From Trichosphaerium sp. ATCC 40318 (taxonomy: Eukaryota; Protista; Tubulinea): a DNA stretch of 64,000 bases. Under the pieces are notes generated by a model. That model saw nothing but the letters and a program-made list of their open reading frames with translations, ran no database searches and was not told the origin of the DNA. Of this stretch, positions 12,344 through 26,638 are shown one piece after another. Location of the stretch: NCBI GenBank assembly GCA_038496445.1, contig JALMLS010000550.1, positions 1-64,000 of the forward strand, in the 5' to 3' direction. Numbering within the stretch: the stretch's first letter is position 1; each line of letters begins with the position of its first letter. The position numbers and the translations under genes are program-made.

Positions 12344-15300
12344 GGTGACAGGTAATATGTCAACTTCTGTCAATTTTTTTTTGTCAACTTTCTGTGAACC
12401 TGTTCTCAACCTCTTCAGCTGTTTTTTTATTATTAACAAAGCATATCCTGCGAAGCGCATATATATGCTTAGGTTGAAAGACCTTTAATATTACGTTTCA
12501 TGAAATACCTACAGTAATAATTGCTGACACAAAAAGTTGACAGAAAGTTGACCAAAAAATCAGTAAGTAGTTGGTAGAAATGAAGCCCTGAACCACAACT
12601 AAGCTATTTAAAAACAAACCAAGAACTTCACCGTTTATATATATACTACAGGCGTCTCATCAGCTACAAGTAAACGCCACAATAGAGGAGGAAATGAAGT
12701 TTATTAAAGTTTGGTAGCAAGGTATTTTTTCATTGATTTTTTTTTGATTATGATTGTTTTATTCTTTCGAAGCTATGAGCAAAGTTAATAGCTTAAATTT
12801 ACCAAGATTCTAACCTTTAATGGCACTGTAAGGCGTTGGTTATGTTGAAGGCGTTGTTTTTTTTCTTTTTGGATTCTTTTAGCTTCTTTAGCTTCTCTTG
12901 CAGCTTTTTGTTGTGCTTTTAATTTTAGCAGCGGAGTATTAAGCCGTTTCACTAAACAACATTATAAGCAAAAATTAATGTAGCATTAGCACATGCACCG
13001 CTTTCTGATTTTCTCAGCTTGCTCTTTGCGCCTCTTCTCTGTGACAGCTTTGGGAGTGCCAACAGGTATTCCTTCTACTGTACGCATGCCATCCTTTAAG
13101 CTGCACTTTGCATAGTTTGCCAGAGAAGAAAACACAACATCACAAGCTCGCTTAGTAGTACCCTCAAATGTTAACACATTCTTGACATCGCAGTTGTTGC
13201 CCTCACTGATATTATTCGTTCGACAGTGCTCCCAAGGCGTATTCTTAACAGTCCAAAGAGCCCAAGTAGATGGAGGAGAGCTAGTAAAAAAAAAAGTTTA
13301 AAACGAAAAGTAAGGAAAAAATAAGAAAAAGGTTGTGGTATGAATTATGTAGTGTACTCGGTTATTTCGTTTGCAACCTCAATGTAAGTATTAGCTAAGT
13401 ATTTAATAAATTGTTTGCAGTCATCGCTCTTCTCAATCACTTCTTTTTTAAAGGCGTGCCATTTACGATAGAATGCTTTCTCATTTTTTTCGTATATCAG
13501 CTCAGAAGAAACAAGCTTACACCATCTATTCTCTTCTTCACGCCCTTCTTTTTTCAATCCTAGCCTTGCTCGCCTTCGTCTATGAGCTTCTGCTATATGG
13601 TAAATACACTGGGCTATTTTTAAGGGTCCCAGTACATTTGTAGCGGCTAAACAAATATTACTAGTTGTAAAACAAATGTTGGCAAAAAAAGTACCTCTTT
13701 TCATGTTTGTCTCTCCGTCAGTCATCAAACGCTCAAAAGGAGCACCACATACACTCTTTAGGTGCATAAACGCGTATTCATACTCTGCCAGTGTTTTATT
13801 CTTCATAATGGCGAAGCTAATACAAGTTCCTTTGGTGTAGTGTTCACCAACAGCCTTTACCCAAAAAAACAAAACCTAAAGTAAAATATATGAGCTAAAA
13901 AATCTTGTTTACTTTTACTACACGTACTTGAGCGTTAATATCCGCAATGCCAAAGGTGCCATCAACAAAGAGGACACTGGTATCAAGGTTGCGTATTTTT
14001 TTGTCACAATCTGGCTCGACAAATGATATTACATCATTTGTGGCTTGAACAATTCTAGATGATTCAGGGTACATCATCCGAATGTTTGAGTAAACCTGTG
14101 GGCATGTTAATCCAAGCATAATAAAAAACCAATACCTCATGGTGCATATCCTTTTCGTGGTGCACTCTACGCGCCAGGTATGCCATGTTATTAGCGTTAG
14201 GTACCTCATAGCCATTAAGAGGATCTTTAGATTCATCTTGTAAAAAAGCTTTATACTAGTACATAAAAACAATTAGTGATAGATGCTGATGTCATTTTTC
14301 GTACCACACTTCGTTTTGGTATTTTGCGTGCCAGATCTTTTTTAATGCTAGTTTTTGCGCCAGTTCCAAGTTTTAATTTATGAACGGGAATAGGGAGGCA
14401 CTGTAGAGAATGCCCTAACAATTTTGGTTATTTTAAACTTCAATTAAACTGTTGTTGTTTATAGTACCTTCTGTTTGTCTGATATCCAACACTTGAGCAT
14501 GTTCAGCGTCTTTACCAGCTCTTGAGACAATCTGTAACTTAGCTGTACAAATCCCGCGTCTTTTGCAACGGTAATACCATGTAATCCCTTTGTGTGTGTT
14601 TGCATGGCGTATGTGACTATATTGTCGAGCCCACTTTTTCTCTTTTGAACAATAAAAAACAGGGTTGTTTCCTTGGTTCCATGCAAGCAGCTTGACATTA
14701 CCTATTGATGGTATTGCTGGCCGTAATGGTGGCTCATTAGCGTCCAACATCAAACACAAATAGTAAGTATGGCTTGTTAAGTGATGTAGGATCTTTCAAA
14801 CGCTCATAACACAATGTTCAAGGCTGTGTATACACTTCTTGAAGTTGTTTACAGATTTTTGTTATACTTACCTCCCATGTTACAAAAAAGTAACTATTGA
14901 TATCTCATGGTATGTTAGAAGCACTGTAGACATATTTCACCAATTGTAAAAAAGTATGGGGCAAAATCAAAAGATAATAAAGTAAACCATCTCGCAAGTA
15001 CCTACACTATGCTTTTCTACGCGCAAAAACTCTCTTACAGTACAATATGCTGCTGTTGTGAAATAAAAACCTTAAACGGGTTAAAAATTTGCAAAATGCA
15101 TCACTATGTACTGTTTAAGGTGTAGTAGTACATACCATGTGAGATACGTGTAAAACCACATGGTACATTTAAAGCAAAAAAAAAACCCAACACGTGTTTT
15201 TTCTAAATCGGGCATCACTTTGTATTTTCAACTCAAATACTTTGTTTCTGGCTGTGCGTGCTGAAAATAATTTTTACAGCATTTTGTAACAAAGTTGACA

Positions 15301-15345
15301 ACATTGTAAATATTGACAAAAAAAGTTGACAAAGTTACTATCACG
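12344..15345 (-). mobile_element. Mutator-like (MULE) DNA transposon, about 3.0 kb
   Basis: Imperfect TIRs (GGTGACAGGTAATATGTCAACTT... / ...AAGTTGACAAAGTTACTATCACG). The 8-bp direct repeat GTCTTCTC at 12336-12343 and 15346-15353 is the TSD. Internal transposase present. Confidence 0.8.
12800..14760 (-). CDS. MULE transposase, intron-containing; ends approximate
   Basis: Zn-finger-like YYRCKRRGICTAKL. Catalytic motifs LFVDGTF, LMTDGE, CIYH (CxxH) and RTNNISEG. Confidence 0.8.
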
Positions 15346-15459
15346 GTCTTCTCCTTACACTCATATTTCAACGCTTCATTTGTATGCCATTCTCTTTCCA
15401 TACCTGTATATTTACAGCTGGCAATACTGTGATATTATCATTGTTCTCCAATTTACCGT

Positions 15460-15785
15460 TAGAGTTCTAACACTCTCAGTTGACTTTCTTCTATCAACTA
15501 ACCAAGGAACACTAACTAAGACGATGTTGGGAGGAATACAAAATGTCTTGTGGCTCTAGCGCAGCGCCAAGCATTTGTTATATTATACAAGAACACTTGG
15601 ACAATAAATAAAGGTTTTTACAGTTTTTTAAAAACAAATTGAAAAGGAAATTTTTGGGTGGGATGTGGGTGATTGCTGCTCGCCATGTTGTTTAAGCTTT
15701 GTCGGTTGTTGTTGTTGTTGATTTATAAGAAGTCAACTGAAGTTTAACCAAACGTCTGTAACGGAGTAAAACACGTGTACAGCCA
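15460..15785. repeat. Dispersed repeat of about 325 bp (second copy 40521-40843)
   Basis: Near-identical from TTAGAGTTCTAACACTCTCAG to CACGTGTACAGCCAT. Confidence 0.8.
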
Positions 15786-16318
15786 TTTAAGTAATTCTTT
15801 GTATTCTTCCTAGTTTACATAAGTGCATTGTTTGTATGTTCTGTTATCAGTCTAGGTTCCAATATATCAGATTCACACCGATAAGAATTAATAGATACAC
15901 TGCATGATACATCGTTAAGGCCTGGGTGCAAAACTCGACTACAACTTTTGTCGAATACCATTCATTGCTTCCAACCTTTAGCTTCAGTAGGTTGTCCATG
16001 TGGGATTCATATGGTCACCTTGAGATAGCCATGAATGTTGACGGAAGGAACGATGGTAGGTATGAGGAGTGGTATGAAGATGGGCGATATAGAGCACTAA
16101 TTTTGTGGATAAATGGAGCAATAGCGCCAGAATATCAAACCATGACTATTGGTGACTAACCTTTATTTTTTTTTTGGAAATTTTGCATGTTGTATTCTCG
16201 TTTTCGCAATTTATTTGATAAACTTGTAACTAGTTGATTTATTATGTTTCTAATACAAACGTTGTGTCTGCAGTTGCACTGACTTAAACATAATTGTTTT
16301 TGTATGGTGGTCTTTTTA

Positions 16319-17646
16319 CTAAGAACATACAGTTGCTTGGACAGTTGCTTTTGGGCGGAGTCTGTATGGAAAGACAAGATTACGTAACGTAGGTACTAGC
16401 AAAACAAGAGCAATCAAAATAACCACCGTCAATACAACACAAACAACAGGAAATGATGATCCATCATCTGTGTTTGATTGAGTACAGAAGACCCAAAGAA
16501 GATACTGAGAGTGCCTTCATCTTCTGTGATCGTGATTTGGATTGTTAAAACTAGAATTTTTAAGAGTGTTTGTCTGTATTACCTTGTATGAGACATGCAC
16601 CACTTGGAACGGTTACGTTTATAGTTGATACATCACAATCTTTATCATGTTCGAACAGAGGAATTGAGGTATTATCCTGGTAATGAAAGATTACAAAAGT
16701 TTGTCAAACACTTTAAAAATTGTCGTACAACAACAGTAGCCTCCACGTCTATTGTAACGTTCCCAATAAATTCAACACATCCATTAGTAATAATCTTTGA
16801 TTTATCATTGACGGTAATGATACTATCAACGAAGGTCACATTTCCTGAAACAAATGATTACCATAAAGTAGGCTGTTCTCAAAAACAATAAAATACCTGG
16901 AAAACTGAGAGTTTGATCGACAATGAATGTATCTTCTGCTATCAGTTTAAGTCCCAGAATATCAGATTCACATTGATAAGAACGAATAGATTCTTCGCAT
17001 GGTACATCATCAAAGCCTGGGTGCAAAACTTGAAATTAGATTGATTGACTTCAAGTTTTGTCTATTTCGAAAACTGTACCGTTCGTGGCCATCACCAAAC
17101 ACCCTTCAGGTTCCATGTTCCCTGCTGTGAATGCTGGTTTTGTATTAGCAAACACCAATTTCAAATACGTCTTTGTATCATTCTTGGCAGTAGTAATAAA
17201 GAGATCTGTCTGAGTCATCGAAACATTACTTGAAACCCAATAGTATAATGACAACGCCTCGTAACACTCTTCACAACATAATGGGCAATTTCCATGACAC
17301 CTTGAACATGAACTAACGTAATCAAGAGGGTCAGCTTCTAGCCTTGCTCCAATCCAATACCGATCATCTGTAGCGTTTACGCTAGGTAAAAAACTGAGAG
17401 TAGTATTGTCCAATACCTCTATTAGTCGAGAGTTCCTTAAAAATGAGTCAATTAGAGCTAAACCAGAATATTAATTAATTAACTTAGGTCCCTTATGGAA
17501 CTTTCTAAAAACTAGTCACGTGACACTAATACGACTTACTTGGGTGCTTCAGCGCAAGCAGAAGCAGTTTCTGACCAAGTCATGCACCGAATACAAACAA
17601 TGAACCACAAAAATGCCGCTAAACGAACCCACAATGTTAAAGCCAT
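16319..17646 (-). pseudogene. C-type-lectin-like array copy 2, frameshifted before the TM helix
   Basis: Same exon structure as copy 1. There is a 1-nt deletion near 16487 (gagtacagaagaccc vs gagtacatgaagcccc) and an 18-nt deletion in the poly-Val TM. Confidence 0.6.
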
Positions 17647-18172
17647 ATGTATAAAATTACGAAATTAATACGCACAACATTTGAAAAACTGCCGTTGACT
17701 TGAATACGGAAAGTTTGTGATACAAATCCAAACTTGCACGTGGCCTCTAAAAATACGTCCAAACTCCTTGTATTTAGCTCGGCTGAATACGCTGACATAG
17801 AACATTTCGGGGAATATGACAAGGACTTGAAGACTGAGACCAACAGTGTCAAGAATTCCCTTCCTCAGACTGTTGAACTTCTTGACGCGACATAAACGCT
17901 TCTCGTTGCATCAAAAATTCGTGTAAAAGTTAATATCGCTGTGAGTAAAGAAATCCTCATAATGATACTTATCAGTAGATGAAATACGGATTGAACACAA
18001 ATTACAATATCCAAGTAGCGACCGAGTTTTTTTTTGCATGATTACTTATAAAAATCGCCCAAATAAAGACATTAAGTGTGCTCTGACTCCGCCTTAAGTA
18101 GTCACTTACCGTAGCTAATAAGTAAACCTGGTGCCCTCAAAAATATCTACAGCGTGTTGATACCAATTAATT

Positions 18173-19195
18173 ATGACAACTAAGCATAGTACAAACAATG
18201 CAAAGGGATTTAATAATAAACTTGACGGTTGCCACCTATTACGCCTTCCCGTTGAGATTCAACTTGATATTATTGATTTAGAGGTATCATTGTATTTAAT
18301 TTGGCCTCTTATATCTAAAACAAGCGCTATGATGACGAGATTCGATGAAGAGATGAATAAGCATGGAAAATGGCAAAAATGGAGACACGTGACACTAGAA
18401 AACCGCATTATACTCGTAAGTGATGACTTTTTATAAAACGATATAAATACCTAGTTTGTGTTAAATGTTATTCTTCAGTGAAGTATCTTTAACATCTAAA
18501 CGGACTTTTTTTTTTGAACAAGCCATTTTTTAATCGCACATTAGGTTCATGAACAACTTTGGTCACATGGTAAGAGACATGGAGAACAAAAAGAGTGGCA
18601 CGATAATGGAACCTTGATGGATAAAAGTAACTATGTCAATAATGAACTTGAAGGAGAGCGGAAGCGATGGTTTGAAAATGGACAATTGTGGGTTCAGTCC
18701 GTGTATCTCAATGGTAAACTCGAAGGAGAGTACAAGGTTTGGTATACTGACAACGACCAACAACACCTCTTGAATTATATCAATTACTATGTTGATGGTA
18801 AACGACACGGAGAGTACAAGAGATGGTATGTCAATGGTCAATTGTGCATCCACTGCAACTATGCCAATGGTAAACGACAAGGAGAGTACAAGCAGTGGAA
18901 TTTTAGTGGCCAATTGCGTGAGCAAAGTAATTATATCAGTGGTATTACAGAAGGAGAGTTCAAGCAGTGGTACAACGGTAGTCAATTGAAAAAGCAGTGC
19001 TCTTATGTAAATGGTAAACTTGAAGGAGAGTACAGGCAGTGGAGTATTAACGGCCAATTGATGCAGCATAGCACTTATGTAAATGATAAACTAGAAGGAG
19101 AGCACAAGGAGTGGAATAGTGATGGCCAATTGATACAGCACAACACTTACGCCAATGGTAAAGTTAAAGAAGAAAACAGGTGTTTACTGATGTAG
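18173..19195 (+). CDS. F-box-like N-terminus + MORN-variant (YwqK-like) repeat protein
   Basis: LLRLPVEIQLDII N-terminus, then about 8 repeats of Y.NGK.EGEYK.W..NGQL. Exon junctions between 18380 and 18545 are uncertain. Confidence 0.7.
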
Positions 19196-20419
19196 TGAAG
19201 CTACTAGAACCACGTGAAAGCGTACTTGTTGTGGAAGTGTTCAGCAAGCCAAAGATGTTTTCAATGAACAGTGCAAACAGCTAAGTAATTTGCTGGCTAG
19301 AAAACTTCCTTGATCAATGTCCTACAAACAAATTTAATCCTTTACTGTGTCAACATGTTTTAACTTCATCCTATTAAATCCCATCCACCCTTGTTAATGT
19401 ACATATATGCATAACCTCCTTATGTATTACCTGGCGCTTACACATAGTGTGACGATATGTGAGCACTTTAATTACGTCATGTTCCGTCAGAAAAGTGCAT
19501 AGGACATACTGTATTGCACACTGAGACTCTGAGTAGCGTGCGGGTAAACAGAGGAGCTGATTCCCTCGAAACAGAACTGTGACAGCAAAGTACAAAAAAG
19601 AGTTACAGGAGTAGATAGGACTCTTACACAGAAATACTTAGCCGGCTGCAAGATTGCTACGGACGATGTAGAGCAGTGGTTTCTTGTGTATCACATTCCC
19701 CCTTGCTAAATAGCTTCACGTCAATTCCATAAGACGTGCCACAGCTGCTGCAATCCCAGTTAAGCACTTTGGAATAACGTCTGAGGTTTTGTACCCTTTA
19801 CAGGCCAAAAAAGTGTTGTTGTGTCAATAGGTTCAGCTAACAAGGATGTAGGCATTTTCAACAAAGTAGAAAATGACTATGTTCAAACAAATTCCTAACA
19901 AAGACAACGATAAAAACCAGAATTGCAAGCATATTGACATTGGTTAGTGATCGGCTAAGTACCAAACTCAAAGACACTTAAAAGCGCCCATGCCTACAAA
20001 AGCACAAAAAAGTCGTGTTGCATATGTAAAAGCGTTCTTTTATTGTAACGTCCTACATTGTTACACCTTAGCTGTTAAGACAATAAGCTTACCCACTGTT
20101 TCTAACAACATTTGGTATTCCATTAAACTCATGAATTACACCTTGTAAAAGGGAATACTCTTTAATTCCAATATCATATAAACTCTTGTCTTCAAATAAC
20201 ACATCATGTTTCTGAACGTATGTTTTATTTAGGCCAAAAAAGTTCACCAACTACACTTGCCTATGTTTTCACAATTTATTGATAAGTATTAACTAGTTGA
20301 TTTATTATGTTTCTGATACAAATGTTGTGCCTGTCAAATATTGCAGTGTACATTGCCAATCAACTAGTGTTTGTGTCTTGTATTTTTCAATATGAAGAAG
20401 TGGTATACACATACAGTTG

Positions 20420-21716
20420 CTATGGGAGTCTGATTGGAAAGACAAGATTACGTAAGCTAGGTACAAGCAAAACGAGAGCAATCAAAACAACCACCATCAA
20501 TACAACACAAACAACAACAACTACAACAACAACAAGAAATGATGATCCATCATCTGTGTTTGATTGGGTACATGAAGCCCCAAAGAAAATACTGAGAGTG
20601 CCTTCATCTTCTGTGATTTTGATTGTTAAAACTAGAATTTTTAAGTTTGTCTGTATTACCTTGTATGAGACATGCACCACTTGGAACGGTTATGTTTATA
20701 GTTGATACATCACAATCTTTATCATGTTCAAACAGAGGAATAAATGTATTTTCCTGCTACCTTGATGAGCACTCATAAAGCGTGAAAAGACTGGAAAGCT
20801 ATCGTACAATGACAGTGGCCTCTACATCTATTGTAACGTTCCCAATGAATTGAACACATCCATAACTAACAATTTTTGATTTATCATTGACGGTAATGAT
20901 ACTATCAACAAAGGTGACATTTCCTGAAACGTAAAAAGTATTAGAAAAAACAGTGCCTGTTCTTGAAACAAAAAAATACCTGGAAATCTGATAGTTTGAT
21001 CGATAATGTTTGTGTGTTCTGTTATCAGTCTAGGTTCCAATATATCAGATTCACATCGATAAGAATCTATAGATACACTGCATGGTAAATCGTTAAGGCC
21101 TGGGTACAATAATCGAAATTAGATTGATTGACTTCAAGTTTTATCTATTTCGAAAACTGTACCGTTCATTGCCATCACTAAACACCCTTCAGCTTCAGGA
21201 CCATTTGTGAATGTTGGTTGACCATTAGAAAACAGCATCTTCAAATACGTCTTTGTATCATTGTTGGCAGTGGTAATAAAGAGATCTGTCTGAGTCATTG
21301 AAACATTGCTTGAAACCCAATAGTATAAAGACAACGCCTTGTAACACCTTTCGCAACATGATGAGCAATTGGTATGGCATGGCGAACAGGTTCCAATGTA
21401 ATCGCGAGGGTTTGCATTTAGCTTTGCACCGATCCAATATCTATCATCTGAAGCGTTTACTCTGGGTAAAAAACTGAGAGTAGTATTGTCCAATACTTCT
21501 GTTAGTTGAGAGTTCCTTAAAAACGAGATAATTAGAGCTAAACCCGAATATTTAATTAACTGGGCCCTTTTGTTATAATAAACAATCACGTGACACTAAT
21601 ACGACGTACTTAGGTGCTCCAGCGCAAACAGAAGCAGTTTGTGACCAAGTCAAGCACCGAATACCAACAATGAAGCCCAATAAAACAACCAAGTGAACCT
21701 GTAATACCAGACACAT
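20420..21716 (-). CDS. Type I membrane C-type-lectin-like protein (array copy 3)
   Basis: MCLVLQVHLVVLLGFIVGIRC...YWIGAKL...GCLVMAMNG|LNDLPC...TM. Confidence 0.7.
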
Positions 21717-22111
21717 AGCTGTATGTCAATTAGACAACGCGGATATAACGATATGTTAGACGAGGAGACTCGAGGATTGGGTTCATTGAATATTTGTAGG
21801 ACTCACGTTTACTACACGTGTGCTCACGGAGCATGTTTATCTTTTTTAGACAGTGACTGGTGTTTAAGCTTACAGATTCGTATAGCGTACAGTTTGTCCG
21901 ACAAATATCCGAGTTCTCTGAATTGTCAGAGAGAATTCACGTGCTTTTAGGGACGTGTATGTCGCTATCTAGCCATTTTTTAGTGTGTAAGTCTTGGTAT
22001 ATATAATGCACTAGTTACTACATGGTCCCACACCTGTGTAGTTACAGCTAACAAGTCAACATTGTTACTTACAAGTTGTAGAATATCAGTTTATGGTTTC
22101 AAGATGTTTAA

Positions 22112-23439
22112 TTAAGAAGGTGATACAGATACAGTATGTACTGTTACCTTGGGGCGTTTGTATGGAAAGACAAGATTACGTAAGCTAGGTACAAGCAAGA
22201 TGAGAGCAATCAAAATAACCACCATCAATACAACACAAACAACAACAACTACAACAACAACAGGAAATGATGATCCATCATCTGTGTTTGATTGGGTACA
22301 CGAAGATCCAAAGAAAATACTGAGAGTGCTTTCATATTCTGTGATTGTGATTGTTAAAAAAAGGGTGTAAGAGTGTTTGTATGTATTACCTTGTATTAGA
22401 CATGCACCACTTGGAACGGTTATATTTATGGGTGATATGTCACAATCTTTGTCGTGTTCAAACAGAGGAATTGAGGTATTATCCTGGTAATGAAAGATTA
22501 CAAAGTTTGTCAAACACTTTAAAAAATGTCGTACAACAACAGTGGCCTCTACATCTATTGTAACGTTCCCAATAAATTCAACACATCCGTAAGTAATAAT
22601 CTTTGATTTATCATTGACGGTAATGATAGTATCCACAAAGGTCACATTTCCTAAAACAAAAACATGTCAAAAAAAAAACATATTATCTTCAAGAAAAGTA
22701 GGTTCTCGAAAACAATAAAATACCTGGAAAACTGAGAGTTTGATCCACAATGTTTGTATGTTCTGTTATCAGTCTAGGCTCCAATATATCAGATTCACAT
22801 CGATAAGAATTAATAGATACACTGCATGGTAAATCGTTTAGTCCTTTAGTGAAAATTTAGACGGCTCCAGACGATCGTCTTAGCAAAACAGTACCGTCTA
22901 ATTCCATCGCCAAGCATCTTTCTGGTATTCCGCCTATGAATGTTGGTTGACCATTAGAAAACAGCATCTTCAAATATGTCCTTGTGTCATTGTTGGCAGT
23001 GGTAATAAAGAGATCTGTCTGAGTCATCGAAACATTGCTTGAAACCCAATAGTATAAAGACAACGCCTCGTAACACCTTTCACAACATGGCGGGCATTGG
23101 TGATGGCAATTGGTACATGTACCAACGTAGTCAAGAGGGTTATTAGCTTCTAGCCTTGCGCCGATCCAATATCTATCATCTGAAGCGTTTATTCTGGGTA
23201 AAAAACTGAGAGCAGTATTGTCCAATACTTCTATTAGTTGAGAGTTCCTTTAAAAATACAATTAGAGCTAAACCCGAATATTTAATTCGGGAACTTTCTA
23301 AAAACTAGTCACGTGACACTAATACGACTTACTTGGGTGCTTCAGCGCAAACAGACGCAGTTTCTGGCCAATTCATGCACCGAATACAAACAATGAAGGT
23401 CAAAAAAACAGCCAACCGAACCCATAATGCTAGAGCCAT
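22112..23439 (-). CDS. Type I membrane C-type-lectin-like protein (array copy 4)
   Basis: MALALWVRLAVFLTFIVCIRC...YWIGARL...ERCLAMELDG|LNDLPC...TM, ending PSLRNLVFPYKRPK. Confidence 0.75.
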
Positions 23440-24179
23440 CGATGTACTGCTATTAATAATAAATTGGGGGAAACTTCCGTTGACCATTGGTAGATCCTAT
23501 TATGGAACAATTTGTGATACGAATGTACAGTGAGATTTTTTTGTGAACATTTGTAAACATTTTGTACTTCAACAACTGCAGGTTGGTTTTTTAATGTCTC
23601 GTTATTTTTCTAGGTTCGTGTGCTGTTGTATGTGCTACGGGGCGCTATATATAACCTTTTCGTGAACCAAGTTAGTAACCTAGACCAAACGTGTACACGT
23701 GGGACTCTAAAAATAAGTCCAAGCTTCAATGATTTGTACAGGTGGATGCTTTATTCTCAGTTGTTTATACATTCATCTCACTATCACCCGATCAAAGGCG
23801 AAACTTGATCCTAAAGTGTGGCGTTGTGATCAAGACGTTAATCTTCCTCCAAACCAGTCATGTTCTCTGTTGTTCACTAAAGCAACAAAAGTCAATTAAC
23901 TTAATACATCCATTGTATAAAATGTGAGGCTCTATGACGAAGTGAAAAATGGGATTTCGATTATCTTTTTTATCAACAATACGGGTTATAGCCTCCGTTG
24001 TGGTTGCATACGAGTGTAATTGCTCATAAAGCGGTGTTTTCTTTGGGTAGGCCTTTGCACAAAACCAGAAATAATTTGAATTAGTGAACGCAAGATACGT
24101 ATTGACTCCACTTGCCTTTTTAAGTGACACCTAAAAAAAACCTAAAAAACTACACACAGAGTACGTTACTCCACGTCTT

Positions 24180-25830
24180 AATAATGTACATTGTAAACAT
24201 ACGCTATTGGTACTATGTGTGTTACCAAATAAAGGTAGAAGCACAAGGTTCGTGCAAACTCCACAGTATTACCACTAACCGCTTGTTTTGAAAGCATGTC
24301 GTATTCGAAGGGAAGTGCATCTATTTGTGTAGATTTTGTCAATGAGGGTGACGGCTCCTTACTGCTATCAAAAACAGTAGAAGAACACTACCAAGCTAAT
24401 ACAGCCGTAAGAGGGTACAGCTATTACCACAGGATCATGTAAGAGTGAGTATATGTCCTTGTATTGTTTAGACTTTTTCCGACCTTGTTTTAATTTATCG
24501 AATGGAGTATTACCTGCAGGTAAAATCGAACGGGTCAACTTGGTCTCTCGCTTATTGTTTTTTTGAAGACAGCTACTCCAATATGTAAGAAAGACTGTTT
24601 AGATGCAAATAGTATTTGTGCAGATGACGCAGAAGCTCTATTATGTGCTTAAATTAAATGCAAATGGAGAATCTTTCAGTTTTTTTTCCGACATTATCAT
24701 CAGATATCTTCCGACATTCCACTTCCGAATTGTACCTACATAGATCCTGATTTTGGTTTAGAAGGGTATCCAGAAGAAGGTAAGAATCTAGAGTGATAAA
24801 TTAATACTTAACCTTGCAGGCTACAAGAACTTTTTCGGCATTGACTTGAATTGCATAAATGTTCCTCGGTTAGCGCCAAACATTTACATAGTTTGGATGG
24901 GATTGTCTTTTTATGTTGCTTTTTATCTTCGTCCTATGCATACAAAGTGGCATCAGTTAGCTGTACATGGTACTGCTTTAGGTATACCTCTGTTTCTTGC
25001 TCTTTTAACAGCAAGTCTAGGGCGTCTTGGTTTCACTTTAACAGCTCCTTAGTAAGTGGCTAAACAACTTTTCGTTTTCGTTCAGTAACCTTTCTGTGTA
25101 GTCCTGCCGTCTTTGTGGACCATAACTTATATGATTACACATACTATGATGTCTTAAATATCTATCCAACATTCGTCACTTGGTTAATAGGTTGCATTGT
25201 GCTCACCAGCACTGGTGTAGCTCATTGCAGTGGTAAGTTTCCACTAACTACTTTTTTTAGCTAAAACTATTGTAGCAAATGAAGAGAGCTAACGTGTTCA
25301 ATAGCTCAAGACAACGTTTAATATTTTATAGAACAGTTTTAATAACAGCTGTACATATTAGATCCATTTCACCTTATTTCGCAACCTACTTTTATAGTAC
25401 ACAGCATTGGTAAAAAAAATTAAAATTGGAGGAAGCAGTTCATGTCTCATTGTTGTCTTTTAAGGTGTCGTACTGATTAATTTTATTAGCAAGGATAGAA
25501 TTTTCAAAACAAATTAGTTACAGCTGTTTCTTGTGAGATAAGAGGTGAAGAAAATTGCAAAGAATTCCTGGTATTGTTTTTTTTCACTTAACACAAACTT
25601 TAACTGACTGATTCTTTCCTCGAAAGAACCTCGTACCGTATTGGTCTAAAGTTGCAACTTGGCTTAGTATTGCTTTGAATAGACTCATATTCTACTTTGC
25701 TCTTAATTTACATACAGAAACATGGAGGGTATGGACTTATTTTTAGAAGCCAATGCAAGTTTACAGACATAATAACACCTGTAATTATAGCTACCAAACC
25801 AAGTCTTAAAAAAACCTATCACTAGTTTTA
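24180..25830 (+). pseudogene. Probable degenerate frizzled/smoothened-like (Dictyostelium Fsl-type) 7TM receptor
   Basis: Cys-rich N-terminal fragments and TM exons such as IYIVWMGLSFYVAF...HQLAVHGTALGIPLFLALLTASLGRLGF. I could not build an uninterrupted frame. Confidence 0.4.
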
Positions 25831-26638
25831 GTCAATGAATAAAACCTAACGTATTCATACATATTGTCCGTATCATTCAAGTTTGCGACAGGTTTGGCAG
25901 AAGTATCAAAGTGTAAGATCTTGCAAGAACTAACAAAACTGACAGCAAAAAGTTGCAAAGATTAGCAAACTTGAATGATACGGACAATAAGCAGAAAACA
26001 GACTTTCCAATGAACGTATCCACAAAGTGGATTGCATTCCCTGAATTTTGATGCTTAGCTTTTAACAGCCAATGCAAGCATGTAGAGTATTGTTTAGGAG
26101 TCTTGCTTTTCCGGTTAACTGTTAGAACTTGCTTCAATGCCAACTTTTCTAAACTTGCTATTACATGCAAGTGGTTACAGCGGTATTGATGAGATTCGTC
26201 ACGATTATAATGTCTTTTTGTTAAGATGACAATCCCAAACGAAAACAAATCACGTGATTGGCTCTAAATGTCAACTGTAAAAAATGTCGGTAAGCAATGG
26301 CAGATTGAAGTTTATTGCTAAGTATTCGTTTGGGTAAACAATCTCAACATTGGGCTTTCGCCAATGCAACATATGTAGACCTACGCATGATAAAGCGTAT
26401 GAGAGCAGTTTGGAAGAAAAACGCATCTGATGACGTGACGATAAAGCCAACAACGTTCAATTTCATAGCCGTACCCTACATGTTCGCTTTCAAGAGGATT
26501 TTAGAACAGCTGGTGGAATCTTGAACCAAATATCACGTGTTTGTAGATTTGTATCACAAATCCATCCATAATTGGTTCTACCAAGTCAACGCCAGTTGTC
26601 TATCTTTTGTGCTCTGGTTAATTAATTGTGTAACTTCT

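Noticed and set aside
18563-19069. Hydrophobic minus-strand ORF (also 31892-32892 plus-strand ORFs)
   Set aside because: Shadows of the MORN-variant repeat genes.
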